A stretch of 63,868 nt of DNA, the filler included, from Calcarisporiella thermophila CBS 279.70 (taxonomy: Eukaryota > Fungi > Calcarisporiellomycota), in the NCBI RefSeq assembly GCF_041956535.1. It is 11 parts of 11 records of this genome, joined end to end, with 100 filler letters (N's around TTAATTAATTAA, not from the genome) between each part and the next. Parts side by side here need not be neighbours in the genome. Positions count along the whole stretch, not along the records: positions 10,177 to 20,055 come from NW_027192223.1; positions 20,156 to 22,859 come from NW_027192276.1; positions 22,960 to 30,847 come from NW_027192241.1; 8 more parts are not named here. One strand, 5' to 3'. The notes under the pieces are model-generated. The model was not told where the DNA came from, made no database searches, and saw nothing but the letters and a program-made list of their open reading frames with translations. The position numbers were made by a program, and so were the translations under genes. Positions 12,307 to 24,219 of this stretch are shown piece after piece; positions within the stretch are counted from its first letter, which is position 1; every line of letters starts with the position of its first letter.

Positions 12307-13507
12307 TTACACTGGGTTATCCACCGACCATAGTGAGGATATATATCTTGGTTTTGCATATTCTAGAAAATGCCCTCTCCACATACGCACAAATCCTTCC
12401 ATCTGCTCAAGTGTTGCTAATTGCTGAATTACATACTCGCCATGGGATATATAGTTTGGAGCCTTGAAAGAATCCTTGAGTTCGAGTGCTCTGTGTAAAA
12501 TCTCTTCTGAAGGCACATAGCCCACTTTATTGTCGTCTGCCACACTTGTTTCTATATTCGACGAGTTGCTTTTTGATATTTGAGTGGACTGCCACCATTC
12601 AAGCACAACACGATTTAGTTCTTCAATCCGAGCGGGAGGTATTCTGTTGACTTTGGCCTTCTTCGGGCTTAAGTTTATAGCAATAGAATCATTGGATTTA
12701 CTATTCTCTCTCCTATCAGCTAATTCACCAATTTCAAAACCCCCCGCTAACTCCTTATCCTTACTCTCTCTTACAGAGCTCGTACGGTCACAACACCTTT
12801 CTCTGAGCAATGCAGTTGCTGCTTTTCGTACTCGACCATTCTCTGGCACATATACCCAACCTCTGCCCTCAAGTGGGATGTTATACTTAATCACTAACTC
12901 TGATTTAAGAGCATTTGCATGTCTTTCATAGGCATCGTGGCATGGAATGCATACAAGAAGGATATCGTGACTCTATTTCGTTAAAAAGAGCGCATAATAA
13001 AGATGGATCGAATTGGATTCAGTCCTCGACTTGTTCACTACTTACGGAGTGTGACTTGATGCTCTCTGGCATGTGTATCCTATACATCGCCGGAACTATA
13101 TTCCAAAATAGAGCTTAGGTTTCGTACTTTAGGAGCCTGATAAATACCAAAATACTTACCGACATGGTGTAGAGTTAATCTATCTTGTCTACCACAGCAT
13201 ACGCAACGATTGATACGATCTTCAATCATATACGGTTGATCAAAATGACCAGGACCTTTAGTCTTAAAAGTCAGCTGAAGGGTATCTGGCTCCGATTCAT
13301 AGGCTAGACCACGAGTGAGATACCAATCTGCTTTCTTTCTGAAGTTGCTGATTAAAGAGCAGTTACGACAAAAGAAATCTGGATTGTTATTCACCTGTTG
13401 CATCGAAACATTAAGACGCCATCAATTGAATAAACTCTAATGTTTTCATAAACCTCCGGTATTTTCTTCGGAAGCATAAATGGTGTATGGTTCGACATTA
13501 TAAGCAT
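12307..13507 (-). CDS. Stand-alone HNH-like protein resembling the EXD2/RRP6L3 C-terminal domain, multi-exon
   Basis: VYEN..YSIDG..MFRC, KKADWYL.RGLA, NRCVCCG..LTLHHV, SHDILLVCIPCH and FVRMWRGHFL..KPRY motifs. Confidence 0.75.
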
Positions 13508-13608
13508 TTATCTTTAAAAAAGTATAGCACAGAATAAAGGATAAGATATAGTGGTTGCTCCTGGATAAATAGCCGTCACAATAAAATACAGAGATTAAGT
13601 GCTATAAA

Positions 13609-15012
13609 CTATCCCTCTAGCATCCCATCGCCACTCTCGTTTCTAGATAAAAGTATCTCTGCAGTTCGCTCTACACCAATCCAGCAACATAATGGCGTAG
13701 TTCCGAGCACATAATGAGTTCTTTTGTGGTAAAAAAGAAATCCGTCCAGTCGGAAACCTAGCAAACTAGTCGATTCTTCACTACCCATTTTGGACAAACT
13801 AACTACTTCATTTAAAAGCGGAGAGTCGATAACTCGAGGCAGTAGCGGTTGGAAAGTGAAGGTGCCATTGTGAGCGGTCGGAGAGTCCAGCTCGGCAATT
13901 TTTGTCTGAAGCCAGTAAAACCTAACGGAGATGTGCTTATAAAAACCAGAACTAGCGGAATATATATATAAGCCTAAAAATTATCTACCTAAATTCTGTT
14001 TCGCAGTCGTAAATGGGATGACCTTTCCAGCACATTATATCGAGGACATAATAGGTAAGTGAATTAGGATCATAAATACAATCGAGAATGCAGTAATCTG
14101 ATGAGCGATTTCCCTTGTATGATTTTGAGCCGGCTGGAAGCACTGATTGAAATGTATCGAATATTAAACCGTTTCGAAGACGACTTACAGTTTTTCCTTT
14201 GTGAATTAAAACAAGAAAGTGTGGTAAGCTTGAATAATTAAGTGGAGCAATTATCAGATACCATTGGCAGATGAAACTAGGCATCGTTTACCCGCTGGAC
14301 AAGTGATCAAGTACCAATTTTCTAACAGATCTTTGGGAACTTCTGACATCCATTCGGCAAACATAATTTGGTTTCTTCAGGAAACAGTGTTAACAAAATC
14401 TGTTGCACATTAAACTCAATATAAACATACTTGTAAGGATTAGATTTTTTCTTTTTTCTGTCAGGACGAAATCTCCCTTTTTGCCGTAGTTTTTTATGTG
14501 CTATCCCATCTCTCGAGATATCATCAACTGCTTCTTCTTCCTCAGAGCTATACTTTCGCTTTTCCCCTTTTAAGGTAGATAGATCTCCTATGCTCCCAAA
14601 ATCTGATTCATCTTCGTCAGATTCTTCGGATACTTCCTCATCTTTTAATTTGAAGAGAGCCAGATTTCTGGCATGATCTGTGAAATCTCTTCGACGCTAA
14701 TTTTAGGCCAAAATTAAGAAGACATTTACAAACTCCTTGCAAAATATAACTTTATAATACCTTTTTTTGTTCTTCGAGAGCTTTGCGGCGCCGCTCTTCT
14801 TGATTTTCCTCACGAGATCTACGCGCAATCGGGGCCAATTTTGGATCACGATGGAGGTTCGAGCTGGTCGTTGCAGCGAGAGATGCAGTTAACGCGGCTA
14901 GGCTCTCTATCTGTGGATCGTTTTCATCTCGAAACGAACTTGAGTCAGGAGAAATGCCTTTGAAATCATTTTTCGGCAGATTAGTGGCATCAGTAGTGCT
15001 TTGATCAGACAT
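13609..15012 (-). CDS. SNUPN: Snurportin-1 (m3G-cap snRNP import adaptor), multi-exon
   Basis: IBB-like QEERRRKALEEQKKRRRD..HAR, NQIMFAEWM..P, CPAGKRCL, DYCILDCIY..YYVLDIMCWKG..YDCETEFRFYWL and DGFLFYHK..Y..GTTPL. Confidence 0.9.
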
Positions 15013-15120
15013 GACCCAAAAGAACTAAACAAAGAAATTACACAGAAAAATGTGCGCGTCAAAAATTAATTTTGATTTTGGCGTATAAAATACTTTTATC
15101 CTTATTCCAAATATGGAAGA

Positions 15121-15194
15121 GTTCTCGTGGTGTAGTTGGTTATCACGTACGCTTCACACGCGTAAGGTCTCCGGTTCGAACCCGGACGAGAACA
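15121..15194 (+). tRNA. tRNA-Val(CAC), with no LTR upstream
   Basis: GTTCTCG/CGAGAAC acceptor stem, anticodon loop TTCACAC, T6 terminator. Confidence 0.95.
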
Positions 15195-17585
15195 GTTTTT
15201 TGTGCATGTGAATTTCACGTTCTACGTTTTTTTATTTGTTCATAGCATCCAAAAGAAACTGAACAAATGTTTGAGTTGCAAGAATTAATCGAAAATATTA
15301 AAAACAGTAATGCAAAATGTAAATATATAAATCATGCTGATTGCCGAAAACAAAAAATTCAGGATAATATATACACGCAATTAAAATAAAAAGAGCTCAA
15401 CACCGAGAATGTCCAAATATGTGATGGAATTTTATAAAAAAAAATAGATAAAAATGTGTAAAGGACGAACAAAATCTTCTGAGATGTGTATTAAAAGAGA
15501 AATTAATTCGAGGTTGGGCGAGGAGGGAGTGGAATGTGAGGTAGAGGAGGCCAAGGCTCTCTTCCCATCTCGAAACCATGTGGCGTATCAGATGTCATTA
15601 TAATTAATAGATCAGAAACTGAGGATGGAATGAGAAGATCACTTAAATATTTAGCAAATTGACAGAAGTTGAGAGGAAGAAGCTAAGATTCTTGAATTTA
15701 TTTATAGCAAAATGAAGTGAGCCTGTTTGGCAGGATAGTGAAAAAAATAAGCGGGGAATATTGAGATCAATTTTCTTCACAGGCCAACCCAAAAACAATC
15801 TCGAGAAAGCAAGAGAAAAACAAAAACACCTATTTGTGTAATTTCCCGGCCTGTTGATTGCCTCGTTTATTCGTGTTGTAAGACAAGAAATTTAGAAAGA
15901 GATTAAACTATTACCAATGCTTTTGACAACTCAAGCCTTTTTGCATTTGTTTTTTTTTGCTTTTCTCCTTGTGTCAAATAATTTGCTAGGAGCATGCATC
16001 TGGGCGATTGATACCTGTGTAATACTCTAATTGCAGGATGAATGGCACATTGCCGCCATCGTCTAAGCGTTTTTTATTTAATATTAGATAAGAATCGCAT
16101 TATAATAAAAAAAACAAAAACAATAACACATCGGCATCAATTGTGGAGGTGCTTGTGGGCAATCTCTATCTCCGAATCTGAATAGATGACATTTGGGAAG
16201 AATGATGGAAAACTTAGTTTTTTTGGTATACACGATTATTGCTTGGTCTAGTTATGCTCATGTAAGCTAAATACTATTAAAACCCAGTATTTTTGTATAG
16301 GAAGATTATAAGTCCTTTTTCCTCTTGCTCCATTCGATTGAAATAATTACAGTCCCACGACGAACCCAAACAACAAAGAGAAGTTGACAGGGGGACAGAG
16401 TGGCGGTCTGTGTACAAAATATGGTCATGAGAAATTCTCGGGACCTAATTGATAAAATTTAATTCGTTGAGTGAACAGGAATTTTGATAAAATGGTTAGA
16501 TGGATTTAAGAAGGATAGGCTCTCTTATTTTTGAAAAGCGTTCAATAGACACTGTCAATGCCAAATGGCCAAAAAACTAATTGTATTTATAAATGTATTG
16601 TAATAGAAATTGCAGGTATTCTACGAAACAATGTCAAAACCTGGCTTCTGATTCTTTGAGTGTATATTCTATGATAATGATACTTTCTAGCTAAGGCAAG
16701 CTGATTTTAACAAATCTAGCACCTTTTGTTCTTTGCACTGCATAAAGATTCAACCACCTCCTTCTTTATACCTACCCTTTTATGATGGCTGCTATAAAAG
16801 TAATGACGTTTGCAAATCTATGGATATAAATTCGAAGCAGAAACTTAGAAATAACTAGAGCGTATGATTAGCCTTTAATACCTATTGAACTTGAAAATAA
16901 TAAGGTAGAGGAGCAAAACACCCTTCCCTCTCTCAATTAAAGCCTTATGTTACACGAAGAAGTGATTAAGATTCTATTATTCAGGTCAAACATTGAATGG
17001 ATGGGCATTAATTAGGTTATAAAAATTTATACTTTAGGCTTGTATGCCTTGACTGCGATATATGAACTAAGTCTATATCATCTCTCAAACCGGGGATGGA
17101 GAAGTTTGTAGCGGTGCGTCAAGTGCAAAAATGGCCACTAAGCGTATTACATGATAGCTTAGTTTGCTCATCAAACTATGTTTCAATTCTTAATATGTTT
17201 ACTTGCATTTCATCTTATTTCTAAACGCGATCCAATGATTAGTCTTAACTTTAAAGCTCTTTTAGATTCTTTATTTCAAATTGTAAATTCTTTGCACGCG
17301 TCATTAGAACGGCAATTCTATATCTGATACATCTGAAATTCATAAGCTGTGCCACAAAAATATGTGAATGGAACAATTTCTCTCCTATCTAATTGTTTTT
17401 TTGACTATTTTGTTAATTCTGAATGGTCAATATGCACTATTATGTCTCTTCCGTTCATTAAATCAATTTGAAAAAGTACAGCTCCAACATATGATACACC
17501 CTCCCCAATTATTCCTTCTCTCCACAGCGTTTTATTGCAAACAAATTTCAAATCTCTAAATCCCAATTTAATTTGAATATACAAC

Positions 17586-18618
17586 ATGCCAGTACGTGAG
17601 CAAGCGCGAGAACCAACCCGAGAATTGATTCGAGAGTGTCCAAAGGATCCACAAGCGGTTATTGAGGAAATTTTAAAGTCTGATGACCTCTATGTGATCC
17701 TTGGAATTGATCGTGACAATTGCGATTCAGAAACGATTCGACGTTCATACATCAAACGTAGCCGTCTCTGCCACCCAGATAAAATGCGCGATTCTCCTGA
17801 TGCTACATCGGCATTTCAGAGTAAATATTCTTATTCAAGATAGCATTCCAGAAACATAAACTTATCTATTTGATATTCCTGATAGAATTATCACTCGCCT
17901 ATGAAACTCTATCTAACCCTTCTGCAAAACGACATTATGATCTTACCACTAGTTTAGGGCCTAATGTTCAACTAGATGATGGAGAAGACACTTTAAATCA
18001 TGTTCTACACCAGATTTTTAACGAATTTATGGAAGGAGACTTTGAGATTATCCGTGAATTTATTTGTGCGTTCAGTAATTCTTAAATTTTGTTTATCATA
18101 TTCTAACCCATCTATACTGCCTTTTCCAACTTATTTTCTCTTCTTGGCTAGACACATTGAATAGACACAGCCCGGGATTAAATTTAGGAGAGGATGGAAT
18201 TGAGCTATTGGAGGCAGCTTTACGAAGATTACGCGAGCTTTTATTAGGTTATTTTCCAGTGCATTTAAACCCATCTCAATACTTTCTCTTATCGACTCAA
18301 GGTTATCTCTCCAATAGTTGGACAGAAATATATGAATATTGTTCGCTTCGAAGTGATCCGCATTTACGACCTTCAACAAGAGTTGCGGGGCCTGTCCTAT
18401 TTCAACCTTTTGGGGCGCTTCCGCATCTCTGTTCAAATCACAAGAATATTCCTTGCGATTCCCCTCGTTATACACAAGGAGTGGGCAACCGAGATAGAGC
18501 TTAGGAAATATCGGCATCTAGACCAGAAAATGCGTATGGGCCTTTTTTTGCTGAGCGAATGCTCTGGGCATTGAAGGGCACCGTTGCAGTCTTGGAAAAG
18601 ATGGAGAGTGTGCTTTGA
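17586..18618 (+). CDS. DnaJ-domain protein, multi-exon
   Basis: DLYVILGI..IRRSY..CHPDK..AFQ/ELSLAYETLSNPSAKRHYD. The 3' end needs a 1-nt correction in a T run near 18543-18549. Confidence 0.85.
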
Positions 18619-18918
18619 ATTCTAATAGTTTTGTGAATATTCATAACCCATCTATATTTTTTTTTCCTCTGTAAAAATGTTTATTGTGATTTGCTACGTT
18701 GTTTTGGTTATTTTTTTTTTTTGTTTCTTATTCTTTACTTCATTAGTGACAAGAAGGCATCAAAAAAATATCAGTCAAATTTCTCTTAGATGGGTGAGAC
18801 AATGTGTGATTGTAATTTTAGGCTCCGCGGAGAAGCATATGTGAATATGAGGGGAAAAGAGCAGGCGGTATTCAAATTATATCTTCTACCTATTTACTTG
18901 TTAATTTATGAATAGCCC

Positions 18919-19830
18919 ATGCATTCTCTAAGTGAAGAAGATTTTGTAAACCGCTCACCCCCACCTCCTTATTCCACAGTAAGTTTATGGCAAGATCTCT
19001 ACATTTTTTATTTTTATTTAAAATCCATTTAATCTTAATTATTAAGGGAGGTGGAAACCCGCAAGAAAATGAAATACCTTATCCTGCCATCCCGGAATCA
19101 GGATCAGAATCAGACATGCTGAATACAATCGCAACGGATGAAGAAATATATGATAAGCCAATGGAAGAAAATGGATACTCCTCTTGGCAGAATACATCAA
19201 GAGGAATTGGACAATTGGATGTTAGTAATGCTGCATCAAGAGGCAAAGAGCGGCCACTGATATATGCATCACCAAAACTTCCACCTTTACCTTACAAACA
19301 CCAGGCAAAAGACGAAGCTTTTGGAACTGCAGTAGACGAGCGTTCATTGCCAACTAACTTAACAGAAGGAACACCTTTTCTTAGGCATACATATTCAGGC
19401 TATTATTATACGGGTCCGACATCAAATCACCCTTTCTATCGCAATGAGAGACCCACAGTAGTGGGATGTTCTCCCACATATGAAACAAATAACCATGTTC
19501 GAAATAGTAGCTTTTCGAACTGGTGAGTGTACAACTATTGATATGAAAGAGTTTTCGTAAACACTAAAATTTAATAATGATCGTTCTTATTAGCTTCACT
19601 TCTCTTTTTTATTGCTGCTATACAAGTGAATCGACTTAAAATTAACTATCATTGATAATAAGAGGAAGAGGCATGTTAATATTAGACATCATTTGTATTT
19701 TTATTATCATCTCCCATAATTATTTTTTATTCTTTGGGGGATCTTATTGCGTATTTTCTGCTTTCAAATATAAATTATTATACTAATTTATATTGCATAT
19801 CACCAATTACAACTTAGATAATAAAGCTCA
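18919..19830 (+). CDS. Hypothetical protein with PPPPY motif and hydrophobic C-terminal region
   Basis: ATG 18919, GTAAGT intron, ~160-codon open exon. The 3' exons are uncertain. Confidence 0.4.
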
Positions 19831-19903
19831 AAATGACGAAAATATTTAAAATGGACGCCAATCTGTATCAAAAAACTAGTATTACAAAATTATATCACTC
19901 ATA

Positions 19904-19977
19904 TGTTTTCGTCCGGATTCGAACCGGAGACCGTCTGTGTGTTAGACAGACGTGATAACCAACTACACCACGAAAAC
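19904..19977 (-). tRNA. tRNA-Val(AAC)
   Basis: Reverse complement folds as GTTTTCG/CGAAAAC with anticodon arm TCTGT-CTAACAC-ACAGA. Confidence 0.95.
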
Positions 19978-19988
19978 TTCGCTGTCAC

Positions 19989-20055
19989 TGTTACGAGATA
20001 ATTGGTTTTTGTACGGGGAAGTCACAGAGGCAGTCACATAGACATTCAGAAAGCG
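19989..20055 (+). mobile_element. LTR start (TGTTACG family) 11 bp upstream of tRNA-Val(AAC), cut by contig end
   Basis: TGTTACGAGATAATTGGTTTTTGTACGGGGAAGTCAC, nearly identical to the reverse complement of 45283-45350. Confidence 0.85.
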
Positions 20056-20155
20056 NNNNNNNNNNNNNNNNNNNNNNNNNNNNNNNNNNNNNNNNNNNNT
20101 TAATTAATTAANNNNNNNNNNNNNNNNNNNNNNNNNNNNNNNNNNNNNNNNNNNN

Positions 20156-20490
20156 GATCCCCCAAAAAAACAGAAAGCGCGATATCTTTCAAGTAGAGCA
20201 GCCAATAGAATTGATTACCGCTACGTTGCCGACCCCTCGTGGTTACTCTTATACTCCCTCATGGCTATCTTGTTGATGTTGATTGATACTTTGTTGTCTT
20301 ATCTATCTCATCTTTGAACACCAGTGAGAATTATTCTCCTTTGATCACAATTCTATTTAAACCCTTTGTTTATTTTAATGTTCAACACCAATTCCCTGAA
20401 TTATTAGGATCTTGATAGAAATAAGATAAATCTCTTATTTCTATCAAGATCCGGATACCCCTCCACACAAACCTCCTTTCGCCCGTAACA
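20156..20490 (+). mobile_element. Partial LTR (TGTTACG family distal end)
   Basis: Ends CGCCCGTAACA as does the LTR ending at 21096; followed by ACAG. Confidence 0.75.
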
Positions 20491-20494
20491 ACAG

Positions 20495-20742
20495 TGTCAT
20501 AATTCGAGTCAAATATCAAGCTATCCCAACGATATTCAAGCTCCGACATTAAATAGGAACTAGTTATAAACCAGTATTCATTAGCTTTATTAGTTAACAG
20601 GTTAAATAGTTATTATATCTTATAGTATAAATGGAACACTCTAATGAGAACTTCCAACATACATACCCTGTTCTTGAATAAACCTATAGTTTTACCTATG
20701 TTCCCCGAGTATCCCCTTGTTATATCGCTCTAGTTTATGACA
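20495..20742. mobile_element. 248-bp solo LTR of a second family (TGTCATAA...TTATGACA) flanked by ACAG
   Basis: 8-bp terminal inverted repeat with TG...CA ends; ACAG at 20491-20494 and 20743-20746. Confidence 0.75.
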
Positions 20743-20746
20743 ACAG

Positions 20747-21096
20747 TGTTACGAGGATATTGGTTTTTGGTACGGAGAAGTCACGTAAGCAGTCACTCTG
20801 GGATTCGGGGAGTGAGGTGGCGGTCTTTAGTGTAGGCCGGTTCACCCGACGACATCACATGACGAGGGATAAGGTTATATAGTGCTATATTATTGATCTT
20901 TTGTTGTTTCTTTGTGATCGTTTGTTTTGGAAAGATGCATTTTTAGTTTATCCTTGGGAAATCTATTTTGAGTCATTTTTCTGATTTCCTATCTTTATTT
21001 AAATCCATCCATTTTGTCTTGTTGATCCTCACCAATCTCTTATTTTTCTCTTTTAAGTCCTTACATCTCTCCCCAAGTCTCCAACCGCCCGTAACA
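20747..21096 (+). mobile_element. Complete 350-bp solo LTR (TGTTACG family) flanked by ACAG
   Basis: TGTTACGAGGATATTGGTTTTTGGTACG...CGCCCGTAACA; ACAG on both sides (20743-20746, 21097-21100). Confidence 0.88.
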
Positions 21097-21189
21097 ACAG
21101 TTAGAACCATGATATGATAGCTGTGTAGACGTAGCCAAACTAAGTCACTAATCACGTGACATACTTCAGTTTTGAAAAGAGTGACATTT

Positions 21190-22395
21190 ACTGTCGCTGT
21201 AATATATATCTAAGCTCATGCTCCGTTGGGACTTCTGGCAGCTTTTGCCTTAGTCTTAGGGGGCTTTTGATTTTTGAAGGGCTCTTTGGCTTAGAGATAG
21301 TTTTCCATGTTGAATGATCGATGCTCGTGGGCTATTTGGTAGGGCTGAAGTCGAACTTTATGTTCTTCTGGGAAGCTAGGAATTCTTGCAAGTTCACCGT
21401 CTTGATTTCGGGGCTTCTCTTGGCTGTCATAGTGGTTAATTCAAATCCGGATATTTCGCTGAACACTTTGGATCCTAGAGGTATGGTATTTGGTGCCTGT
21501 GGGGTACTGTAATGGTATCTTCTTGTCTCTTCTCTGGCTTCTTCGTGTCATTGTCTGTATTCATTCTATCTGGCGTGGTTTCATGAATGGGCAGGGGTTG
21601 TGTTTGCATAGGCTTATATGCTTAATGCTGTCTTTTCTTCTTTGGGTATTCTACTCGTATGTGATCAGGAGTCTAACAGTAATTACATACTGGAGTAAAT
21701 CCTCTCCAAGAAAGGAGTATCTAGTCCTCATCGATGGCTAACTGGTGAGGTAGAAGGTTTTCTAAAGGTTACGTGGTTTCAGAGTTCGGCTCAAGTATGG
21801 CGTAGCAGTAGTCTCTAACCACCCCCGTGTTTCCATAGTATTGGAAGTCAATCTGGATGACTTGGGCATACTTGGACAAGGCTGCTTCCAACTTTTCTGA
21901 GGGATTCTTCTTCCTGTCCAGGGAGGTCGTTAAATCTAACATTTAACACTCTCTGGGACGTGGAGAGAGTCTTATAACATGGGACTTTCTGATCATTTGC
22001 GTAAAAACCATCTCTGATTACCTCGTGAATGTTCACCTCATTTCGGAATGCAAGAATGATGGTCTTGGAATGTCCAAGAATCTTGATGGCAGCCACTTGT
22101 TTTTGGTACTTCTCATATAGTAGTTTCACTGCTTCGTGGGATGAGAACTCAAAACGCGAAAACTTGAATGTAACCGAGTTTTTGAAGGATGATCTACGCG
22201 GGCTTGTGTTGACATTCTCCAGAGTCGGTTTCTCGCCTGGGTCTTTGGCTTTCCGGGTGCTTGCTACGCTAAAGCATCCACGTAGGATGGATGAATATCA
22301 GGGGGGACACTAGTCATCTTGAAGGATTCTCAGGGAAGGCGCCCAAAGAAAGTTTTTTTTTCCTCTAAGGACGCGGGAACTTGCGTCCTGTGGTT
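21190..22395 (-). pseudogene. Degenerate LINE ORF1 (gag-like) with 5' UTR
   Basis: Broken reading frame with GFYANDQKVPCYKTL..VLNVRFNDLP and a decayed knuckle CNYC*TPDHIRVEYP. Confidence 0.6.
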
Positions 22396-22483
22396 TATTT
22401 AATATATATTAAAAATGTGAGATGTGCTTCCGAACAAGCTTATTATGTACTAGAAAATATGGGATATAATAGCAGGGCTTGAG

Positions 22484-22805
22484 GTTTTTTTTTGGGATTT
22501 ATGGATCTTTATTGAAGAGTATCCTTTTAAGTTAGTATAGTGCCTTGTCAGGAGAAATACTCTCAAAAAAAAAATGTCAGGAGAAATACATGTAAGTAGT
22601 GGTTGATCGTATGAATACCATACTATTTTTCAAGGACGGTATTATACAAGAGAGGAAAAGAATATAGACTAATATAGAAAAATAAAAATAAAAGGGGGGG
22701 GGGGGACTGGAATGCGGGTGTTAGGGTATTCAGCAAGGTCGTATTGGAGCTAAGTGTTTTGGTTGAAGGATATTTCGTCTCCTTGGACTTGTATCCAACT
22801 TCCCT
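22484..22805 (-). mobile_element. 5'-truncated retroposon 3' end with poly(A) and 14-bp TSD
   Basis: TAGCAGGGCTTGAG at 22470-22483 and 22806-22819; AATAAA and an A9 tail on the minus strand. Confidence 0.7.
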
Positions 22806-22959
22806 TAGCAGGGCTTGAGAAGGATTTTTTTTTGATCAATCAAAGGAGACTTTTATTAGNNNNNNNNNNNNNNNNNNNNNNNNNNNNNNNNNNNNNNNNN
22901 NNNTTAATTAATTAANNNNNNNNNNNNNNNNNNNNNNNNNNNNNNNNNNNNNNNNNNNN

Positions 22960-23050
22960 ACTAAACTAACCCTCCCCCTCCAGGGGCTCTCGAATACCCT
23001 GTGACTGCCAAAGTGACTTGCTCGTACCAAAAACCAATTTTCTCGTAACA
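22960..23050 (-). mobile_element. LTR end (TGTTACG family) 13 bp upstream of tRNA-Leu
   Basis: Reverse complement TGTTACGAGAAAATTGGTTTTTGGTACGAGCAAGTCAC..GCAGTCAC matches the other LTR starts. Confidence 0.85.
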
Positions 23051-23063
23051 ACAATATGTGATA

Positions 23064-23145
23064 GGCGAGATGGCCGAGCGGTCTAAGGCGTCACGTTAAG
23101 GCCGTGATCTCTTCGGAGGCGTGGGTTCGAATCCCACTCTCGTCA
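23064..23145 (+). tRNA. tRNA-Leu(AAG)
   Basis: 82 nt with long variable arm, anticodon arm TCACG-TTAAGGC-CGTGA. Confidence 0.95.
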
Positions 23146-24219
23146 ATCTCTTTTTACTCTTTGTAATAAGAGTACTGAAGTATGAGAATTTTTAGAAAGA
23201 GCAGGACCATTCGAGTCAACCTGAGAATGTTGGATGTTAGTCGTTTCTGAATTACGACCAATTGCATTTCAACAAAAGATTTGCGAAATTATCGATTACC
23301 AAAGCTAATCTCGCTATTTGTGCGAGGATGTAACTCACTTGGCTCAACCACGAACACTACATTCCAACTGATGTGCTTAATAGAGTTTACTTTAGTGAGT
23401 AATAATTGACTACTTTGGGTTTGTTTTATAGTGGCGACTGTAAATGATTGATTTAATGAAACTATTACTCGGAATCCGTGTTCATTTTTCAGATCGTTCC
23501 TTAGGAGAATGACGGAGAGAGATGTCAACTCAGCTGAAATTTATATTACTTTTAATACTAACACAAGGTATTCCAAAATTTTCCACGTGCCAGAGTTGGC
23601 GAATTCACGATCCATTTGGCCAGTTGATGGTTAATTTTTTTATATAATATCCCCAAGATCAAAATATTGTATTACCACTTTGTAGTATTAAACACTCCCT
23701 TCCTACTTGAGATCACTTTATCATTTCCACATTTTTAAGTCTATAAAATTAAAAACCTGCTTTTCTTACTATCTAGTATATAGCATGGGTTTACAGTGAA
23801 GGGGTCAACAATTTTAAAATCCAAATAAAGGCGGTTGTTCTATATAAGAATCCAAAGCTCTTTTGGCAAATATATTGTTTGCCTGTTTTGATTTTGCTAT
23901 ATTTGTAGAGCTTTTTGTTTTGAGTCTTTAACCCATTGATATCTATCTAGTCATGACTAACCGCCCACTGACTTTTGATTATTAATGTGATCATTTCTGA
24001 TTGGCGAATCTGCGCCTTATCTTTCTGAGATTTTGGATTTTAGATTTCTCGATCTCATGTTTCCGTCGCTTTTTCTCCCTTATTTTTCTCTTACCTTGTC
24101 TAATATCAAAATCTTTAGTACTAAATATCCTTTACCTGTGAAAGGTGTGTTGTGATATATATTACGTTTGCCCAATCCCTTGACCTAGGGTTTCCATTAT
24201 TTGAATTGAGAAAAGAGAA

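Noticed and set aside
16180-16620. Possible small secreted gene (MMENLVFLVYTIIAWSSYAH...)
   Set aside because: No consistent spliced reading frame could be built.
18530-18618. Programmed frameshift in the DnaJ gene
   Set aside because: It falls in a T7 homopolymer; one extra T restores the frame, so a sequencing error is more likely.
19989-20490. Joining the LTR start at 19989 to the LTR end at 20490 as one element
   Set aside because: They are separated by a linker and the flanking tetramers differ (TCAC vs ACAG), so they are probably different loci.
20156-21100. CRISPR-like array
   Set aside because: The repeated unit is a 4-bp TSD between TG...CA LTRs; there are no CRISPR-length repeats or cas genes, and the context is eukaryotic.
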